DNA of 54,008 nt, the filler included, from Sphacelaria rigidula (lineage: Eukaryota): assembly GCA_964200075.2 (NCBI GenBank). It is 5 parts of 5 records of this genome, joined end to end, with 100 filler letters (N's around TTAATTAATTAA, not from the genome) between each part and the next. Parts side by side here need not be neighbours in the genome. Positions count along the whole stretch, not along the records: positions 43,289 to 54,008 come from CAXNAA020006029.1; 4 more parts are not named here. One strand, given 5' to 3'. The notes under the pieces were generated by a model. It was not told the origin of the DNA. It saw nothing but the letters and a program-made list of their open reading frames with translations, and did no database searches. Shown here one piece after another: positions 46,918 to 54,008 of the stretch. The translations under genes and the position numbers were made by a program. Position 1 is the first letter of the stretch, and the number at the start of each line of letters is the position of its first letter.

Positions 46918-49900
46918 CGTGCGGTACAGGAATGGCCTGTGTGATCTTCTGAACCGCAGGTATTCTGTCATTCATGAACTGAATGCCCGGCTGTACAAAC
47001 GTCGGAACACCGAACCTCCCTGCTCCGACCCCTGCGCCGTTCTGCTGAGGAAGCGCGCCGTACACTGGAGGAGAAGGGCCTTCGCCGCCAGGGGGTGGGT
47101 ACCCGTATCCTGCGGCGGCTTGGTACTGCGGCGAATGTGGCGGTGTTGAATACGGGGGACCTGAGGCGGAATTTCGAAGCAAATGTTGAAGTGCTAGTCG
47201 ATGCTCGGGTGTGACGAGGGAAATGTGGAAGTGTAGCAAGATTCAAAGTGGGGCGTGAGAAAGTTGTTCCCTGGTACATGGGCACAGTTGCCTCACAAAC
47301 GTAGATCAAAGCACCAAGTTCGGGTATTTACAGGCGAAGATGTAGACCGCAAGCGATAAACTTGCTGGGATCCTCCTCACCACGGTTTCATCTACCAGCC
47401 CGAACATCGAAAGGGCAGACGAGAGTATATGCAATTGGTGTGCTGACCAGCTGTATTTCACTGAGGCACAAGAGAAGTCCATTTGACAGGAAAATTGGCT
47501 GGGAATAAACAGCTGGCCATTCTGCATGTTGTAATGCGTGGGAGGACCGGGTGCATTGTGGACTGCATCGTAGTACAAATCATCCCAGCATTGACGTTTT
47601 TCAAGACCGACCCGGTCAGTCCCTACAGGGACGGCGCTCCTGACCCTAACCCCAACACTTACGCTAGACCTAACCCAAACTATAGGGATGTGTAATCTCC
47701 AATGCGGCCCAACGAGCACGCGGTCCTCCCACGCATGACAATGCTCGCGTTAAAATGCAGTTCCATCAGTGGCATGGCGTGTGGTGTGAGCTGCTTTACC
47801 CAAGGGGGGGGACATGATCCAAGCTACGAATTTATGCCAGACGAATTCCTGAAGTTTTTCCCAACTAACTTCATCTTTGAGGCAGTGCCTGCGCGCTTGG
47901 CCTGAAATACTTTCGGCAGTCGAGTCGGTTGTTTTTCCCAGCCCCGATGTAGCTGGGTGATCCAATCACGTGGGTGTAAAGCCCGAAATTGAGTATCAGC
48001 CTCACAGATTTCTTCTGTCCTCCAAGGTTTATCTCATGTACTGTCATAAAGATAACATACACTGCTTAATCTCGGGATCATAATTGCAGTGTGTGATTTT
48101 GTCGCAGCCCCTGATAACCCAGATGCGACAATGCTCTCGTTGTGGTCGTCTCATATGTCTCCCCCCCACCCCGCACAACGCTGGGCATTTACCGTATCAT
48201 TTAACAAGCAGCGGACAGGGAAAGCATGGAACGGTAAAAATAACGGATAGTAAACGCGTATCACTGCTGCAGTATTGCGCGTGTGACAGTATTACAGTAC
48301 AGTACCTTGCTGCTGATGGCCATACTGCAATTGCGACTGGTGCTGTTGTTGCGCCTGGGGGTACATGTGCTGTTGCTGGGGCGGCAAACCATACTGCCCT
48401 GGTGCACCGTGGAAATGTTGCCCCTGTAGATAGAGTCGCCACGTGAAAGATACTGCGGATGAAAAAGCGACGCCAGTCAACGTTGTTGGTAGAATTATTT
48501 TCAGAGAGGCTGCAGCAGTTCATCCGACGCACCGGATTGAGTTTGAAGAAGCAGCGCTTTTGTGAATGAGTAAGGGTAGCGTATGTATAGTAGTGAGCTG
48601 TACCAAAACGAGAGTCGCAGGCAGCTCTCGAATGCCGGGATCATGTGCAAATCGTCATGTACCAAATTTCATTTGGTACCACGCATCCTTGGTATTAGAT
48701 GCGTTCCCCCCGCGTACCCCATGCGATCCGATAGCAGGATTGAACAGCCGATCGGCAATGCCACGGTAAGAGCGCACTTTTTGCGCGGAATCTTGTCTAG
48801 TTTAGGCGCTCCCAACAATTCTAGATGCACAAGAATATGGGTTAGGGCATTCCCGTTTGTAAATTCATTCAGGCTATCCCCAGCGCAGTGGAGTAGTAAT
48901 CCTGGCGTACTCTCACATATGTTCATAAGTCGTGTTTTTCATGAGATGAAGAGCTCCTAACAGTTCTAACCTCAGAAAATATTTGTGCACCTCTACTGTA
49001 GCATCACTCCGACGATCGAAAATGAGGATGGAGCTTATCATTGAGCATGAGAACCCGGAGGACTAAATCTTCGTATCCACGCCAAATCTTCGAAATGTGG
49101 TTACATTCCTCCACCTACTAGTAGCTATTAACAACTGCTACACGACCAACAAATTTGGATTTCGTTAACCGAAATGTTGGGGTCCTAGATAAAGAGCCAC
49201 TTCCGAGGAGTTTAGGTGATCCGATCGGATCGCTGAGACTCCCCGAAATTGGTTCTTAATCTAGGACCCCAACATTTCGGTTGAGTCATACGATAGGGGG
49301 GGGAAGGGGGGGGGATGTTCGATTTCACGAAAAAATGGGCTTAGAGGTGCGTCAGACGACCCAACACACTCGCAGTGCGCTTGAACTTGGGTAAAAGCGA
49401 TGTCAAACAGTATGAATGAGAGCTACAAATCGGAAGCAAGCGCGTTCGAACTACTGTTGCTGCCATCAACGACGATTGCAAGTAGAACTTCGTGAAAGAG
49501 ACCGGCCCAAAATACCCCCCCCCCCCACCCCCGCAGAGGAACCGGCCCCACCCCCCACCGACCCCCCGAACACAAATCCAAACACAAAAAAGACGGTACG
49601 GGGGCNNNNNNNNNNCTGTTGGGGCCGACAACCCTACTTGCAAGTGGAACTCCGCTAAAGGACCCCGCCCAAAAACCCCCCCCCCCCCTATCGTAATGAG
49701 TACGCCCCCCCCCCCCTATCGTAGCAAGACCCGGTGATCGAAATCCAAATTTGTAGGGTGTGTAGCAGTTGTCAAAGGCTACCAGTAGGTGTAGGAATGG
49801 AACCATATTTCGAAGATCTGGTGGGGATACGATTTTAATCCTCCGGGTTCTCATCCTCAATGAAAAGCTCAATCCTCAATATCGATGACCGGCTGTTATC

Positions 49901-52883
49901 GGTGGAAATAGACACTCTCTCGACGTTAAGCTGAGAATATAGTTCGGTATTTGCGCGTCGTCGTAGATAAATGATAAATGGTGAGTCCTGAGATGGAAAA
50001 AATCAGGAACTAATTACACAGTGAACGGTACATTGCGCGTTAACCGAACGAACCGGGCTAGTGTGTGTTTCTACATTACTTCAGAAACTAAGTGCCCCTA
50101 CCCAGATCAATCCTTTCCGATAATTCCCTTCTGTTGCACACACGTCGGACTAAAATACTGGGTTCTCGGATCGGCAATGGAAGAAGGTGAAAGTGTCACA
50201 AAAGAGATACCCATACATAGTTGAATATTTGGGGTTAAGCTGCACTGGAGTAAATCGCTGCGGGTGTACACGTACACGTATCGTACATTCAGTCTCGCTA
50301 GAGGCAGCATCCTCCTCCAAGCACACGTACGTTCAGTATTCATTGTGCTACATATCTTGCTACTGTTAGACCAGAGCACGATCTACGATGTGTATTGTAT
50401 TGTCACGATGGTGGGGTCTGGTACCTCGTGCTACCTACCTACGCTTCCTTCATCTGTTAAGGCCCCAAGGGAAATAGCCCCCGAAATAAGGGCCTGTTCC
50501 GACATTGAGGGAAGCTTCTTTAAATTTTTCCGCCGCGTGTTGACTAGTACTCACCGTACAATTCAACAGTCCTTCTGCTGAGCGAGTAGTGTAAACAGCA
50601 GCATGATTCTTCAGCAGCACTCTATCGAACAGCACTCATTAGGCGTAGGAACCAAGTATTGGCTAACCGTCATATACACATACATGTACATGTATCAGTT
50701 CACATTTTTCACCACTTTTGCCGAGTTTTCTTTGGCAGCAAGACATTCCATCCCGAGCTTCCTTTTGCAGCGCACGAAGAAGGCGCAGCGGTACATTACC
50801 ATTCAGGTTTGGGCGCCATCTGATAGCTGTGGCGCGTGTTCTGGCCACCGAAAGTCGCCCAAACTGGCTCTTTTTCGCGAGGTGTCGATACCGAACCACA
50901 AAGACCTCTTCAAGATTATGGACAACTTCATACAGGAACCCGAACCACAAAAGCCAGTTCATCGCGGGGTATTCTCAACAGGGATCTTGTTTGCGTTCTC
51001 GTTGATGTGGGAGCACGGAGTCGGCAGTTATGCAGCCAATGTCTCAAGAACATGAGAGCAAAGCAGTTGAAAAAAGTTGAACATTGCCTTCGCCTTAGTC
51101 AGCAGCAAACACAAGACCGCGCAATGAGCCGTGGGCGAGCTGAGCAAGGCACACACTTGGGCAAACATCCCCACTGTGGGTCACCTGTGGAGGACCAGCG
51201 CAGCGAGGTACCGAGATCCCTGTGATCATGCAACCCGTAAGAGAGAGTTCTTGTACAGAATGCACCTGTGAAGTACCGGCGCAGGATGTCCTTGTGACAG
51301 GGATGCATCCCTACGCAGGCACTTCACAGAGGGGACCTGAAGAAACGAACGTAAGCAATGGTTGGTACTATATGGAGATGCCGCCAGCCCTAACGCTAAC
51401 CCGAAGCCTAACACCGACCAAGGCATACCAAGAACCCTCGGGCGAGGGGGATGCAGAGTGTTTCTTAGGCAAAGCGTGCGTTGCGAGAGCTCAAATCGAC
51501 GCCTTTGAGCCGATTTTGGACCAAAACACGTTCTCAACGAGCTGGGTCTACTGCTCACCACTGCTCACCTGCCCCAAATCATGAACGTTCTCAGAACTTT
51601 AAAGTGTGAAATCAAGTGAAATCGAGTACCAATTATTTTTCTTCAGGTCTACCAAGTGTGGTTTGTAATCCGTGCGCGCGGGGTGGGGCCGGCATGTAGA
51701 GAACCCCGCACAAGTTCGCCGTGTACTACCGGGACGCGACCTTTTTTCAGTAGAAATCACTTGCGATGTGTGCCGTGACGGGTCTCATGCGTGATGGAGT
51801 TTTTTTCACCTCCACACACCGCCCATGAAGATAGCTCTTCATGCTGGAAGTGCTCACCCCTCTTCCCCTGATGATCTCCACTCTTGGTCTGAGAACAACT
51901 AAAATTGCTGGACCCTGTGTATCGTGAGGTCTCCGACTCAAGGACGGACGACGAGGGGATACATGAAAAGTGTTGAAATACTCACGGGTGGGGGTGCCGG
52001 TGTCGCCATAGGGGTGACATCTTCTCCGGGTGATACATCCTGCGGTGCGGCTCCGTTTCCTCCAATCCCACCAGGAGACCGTGGCGGGCTTTGATAGGCC
52101 ACAGGCTTACCCTCTCTGCATATCGTCATCTCTATTTCGGGGCTCTGTTCGGCAGTACGACAGTGGGCCATTCGACAGAGCGAGAGGGTTAAATTTATCA
52201 TCATTGTGATCGTAGGAAGGAGGGATGCATTACTCTCCATTAACGCGGAAGCGAACGTGTTCCCGGCAGTGTTTTTGTCCTGGCGCTACGTTGGTATTGT
52301 GTCTGTTCTCTAGCTGCAGTGCCGTTGTACGTTTAACCACTTATGTCTGGTTGATTTCATGCTCAGCAGCACTCCATGAGTCGCCGGCAACAAAATATTC
52401 CGTCACTGACGCGTCAGGTGCACTCGACGGTTTCAGGAATAGACACATAATCTACTCGTGATACCTGCTGTCCATGATTGACTACTTTGTTGGTATTGAT
52501 CGTGCCATGCCACTTGGTCCGCTTGCTCAAAGTCTCGTCAACCTACCGCCAGGGAACTTGTGCTGTGGGAATACCCTCTCTGTTTATTCAACTGACAAGA
52601 AGACGCCTATAATCTAAAACCGCTCCACACCCACCTTCCCCGGCGAACTCGTTTTCGTGTTTGACAGTGCTAACCTATGCAGACCAATGCATTTCATGCG
52701 GTGGCTCACCAGAATGACTGGCCACGCCATGGCAAGCTGTCCCGGATTCTCTTCCTCAAATTTCTTCTTTTGCTTTTTGTACTTGAAGTTGAATATGAGA
52801 CCGGCTAAAAATGGCCAATAGAACCAGCTCTTCACCACACCCAGCAGGTACGAGAACAGAAACAATCCGCCGTCAAGTGATAT
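46918..52883 (-). CDS. Multi-exon gene fragment: unknown membrane protein with a Pro/Gln/Gly-rich tail
   Basis: Minus-strand exons: 52883-52710 (ISLDGGLFLFSYLLGVVKSWFYWPFLAGLIFNFKYKKQKKK..., hydrophobic then basic), 52144-51986, 48423-48306 (Q/P-rich) and 47160-46918 (P/G/Y-rich). All have AG/GT borders and compatible phases (0,0,1). Further exons are possible. Confidence 0.65.
47530..47740. mobile_element. ~210-bp MITE, copy 3 (opposite orientation, intronic)
   Basis: tgtaatgcgtgggaggacc...gcggtcctcccacgcatgaca; flanks ATGT/ATGC; internal ccctaaccccaac...cctaaccc. Confidence 0.85.
49015..49885. mobile_element. MITE-like element with ~155-bp inverted arms and a nested ~115-bp hairpin
   Basis: ~49015-49170 is the diverged reverse complement of ~49732-49885. 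A nested aaccgaaatgttggggtcctagat / atctaggaccccaacatttcggtt lies at ~49167-49282. Internal ~49420-49525 recurs inverted at ~53025-53130. Confidence 0.75.
50770..51560 (+). pseudogene. Possible degraded Helitron N-terminal (DUF6570-like) fragment
   Basis: Broken frames give SCGACS..., LCSQCLKNM, SEVPRSL*SCNP*ERVLVQ and ECFLGK...QIDAFEPIL. This loosely follows the CxxC...CxxC...VPxxLxxLxxxExxL pattern upstream of Helitron Rep domains. Confidence 0.3.
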
Positions 52884-53742
52884 CTGCAGGCACAACGAAA
52901 TTCCCGACGTGTTGCATGCAGTGATAGCGTAGGAGTTGAAAGGCAGCCTCATTAGTATACAAGCAGATATTCTCGTTTGGTTGCACGTCGCCTTCAGAGA
53001 GCACTTGAGAGTCATGCTACGATAGGGGGGGGGGGTATTTTGGGCCGTTTTCTTCCACGAAAGTAATTCCACTTCAATCGCCCTTGAAAGCAGCCAACAG
53101 TTGTTCGAACGTGCTTGAATCCGATCAATAACTCTCACTCATACCATCTTTCACGGCTTTTACCCAAATGCAAGCGCACCGCAAGACGTTTGGATCCTTT
53201 GACGCATCTATAAGCACATGCTTTCGTGGAATCGAACACCCCCCAATCTATCGTAGCCTGGCTCTTGAACCGCGTCAAGGGATAGCGTCAGCTGGAGCGG
53301 GTGCGTCACGCGGAACCCTCTCTGCGATTCTGTCGCTCTCAGTCCGGTCAGGATTTTTTCTGTTGTATGTACTCAAGGGGCCTTGTGGCTACCGCACATG
53401 ACCCTTTGATCATCTACGGGGATGCAAATCTATTAAAATATCAATACACCTCATTCGCACCAACTTGCGAATTCAAGAGATCGGGGAGCCTCCTATATCA
53501 AGGGAGGTTGGATAGAGTGCAGATCGTCCATATTGGGTGATAAAGGTAAAGCCATCATTTGCATCGTACGAAGCAGACAGTACTACCATGTTTGTTTAGT
53601 CACGGGGAGGAGATCGGGGACGGGTGTGTATTGTACGTGGTCGGCAGAGAGAGACAGAGAGACAGAGGGCGTGCAATTCGAATAGCGCCCCGAAAGCTTG
53701 ACTGTTATTCAGCTGAAGAAAAATGGTGTATCGACATGAGGG

Positions 53743-53940
53743 TGTAAAGCGTGGGAGGACCGCGTGCTTAGGGGACTGCATCGTGGGCCAAAACACCCAA
53801 GGATCGACATTTTTCAAATCCAACCGGGCCATTCCCTGCAGGGACCACGCGCCTGAACCTGACCCCAACTCCAACCCTAACCCTAACCCTAGTTATAGGG
53901 ATGTTCAAATTCCGATGCGGTCCTCTAAGCACGCGATTCT
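53743..53940. mobile_element. ~200-bp MITE, copy 4
   Basis: tgtaaagcgtgggaggaccgcgtgcttagggga...gcggtcctctaagcacgcg; internal ccaaccctaaccctaaccctag; right end degenerate. Confidence 0.85.
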
Positions 53941-54008
53941 CATTTGTTGCTTGCCTTAGTCGTGTGACCATTGACCACGCATCTCTTTCGAGACGGAGCA
54001 CCGTTCCT

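Noticed and set aside
53860..53892. True telomere or chromosome end
   Set aside because: Only about three CCCTAA units, internal to a TIR-bounded MITE.

Overview
This is eukaryotic, intron-rich and repeat-rich DNA, most likely from a brown alga (Phaeophyceae). That assignment is an inference from the GT-AG introns, GGAI/FxxN adhesin-like exons, TTAGGG-like repeats and the retroelement types. The window is not one locus. It is five probably unrelated pieces of about 10.72 kb (1-10723, 10824-21545, 21646-32367, 32468-43188, 43289-54008), joined in decreasing size order by an artificial N44-TTAATTAATTAA-N44 spacer. Piece 1 holds three exons of a Pmp/adhesin-like beta-helix gene plus Copia and Ty3/Gypsy remnants. 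Piece 2 is a near full-length but disabled Ty3/Gypsy element (gag-PR-RT-RH-IN-chromodomain plus an extra C-terminal domain). Piece 3 holds a 332-nt foldback, Gypsy remnants, tandem repeats and one FKBP exon. Piece 4 is an internal part of a gene with at least six tandem C2 domains, each built from the same phase 0-1-0 exon pair. Piece 5 holds a Gypsy integrase remnant, a four-exon minus-strand membrane-protein gene fragment and several MITEs. The most interesting signals are the modular multi-C2 exon array, a conserved Tudor-like domain after the chromodomain in two diverged Gypsy integrases, the miRNA-like hairpin, and a TGT...ACA MITE family with 4-bp target-site duplications (TSDs) that carries telomere-like repeats. 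No rRNA, tRNA or CRISPR array was seen. All protein family calls come from motif recognition, not database searches.
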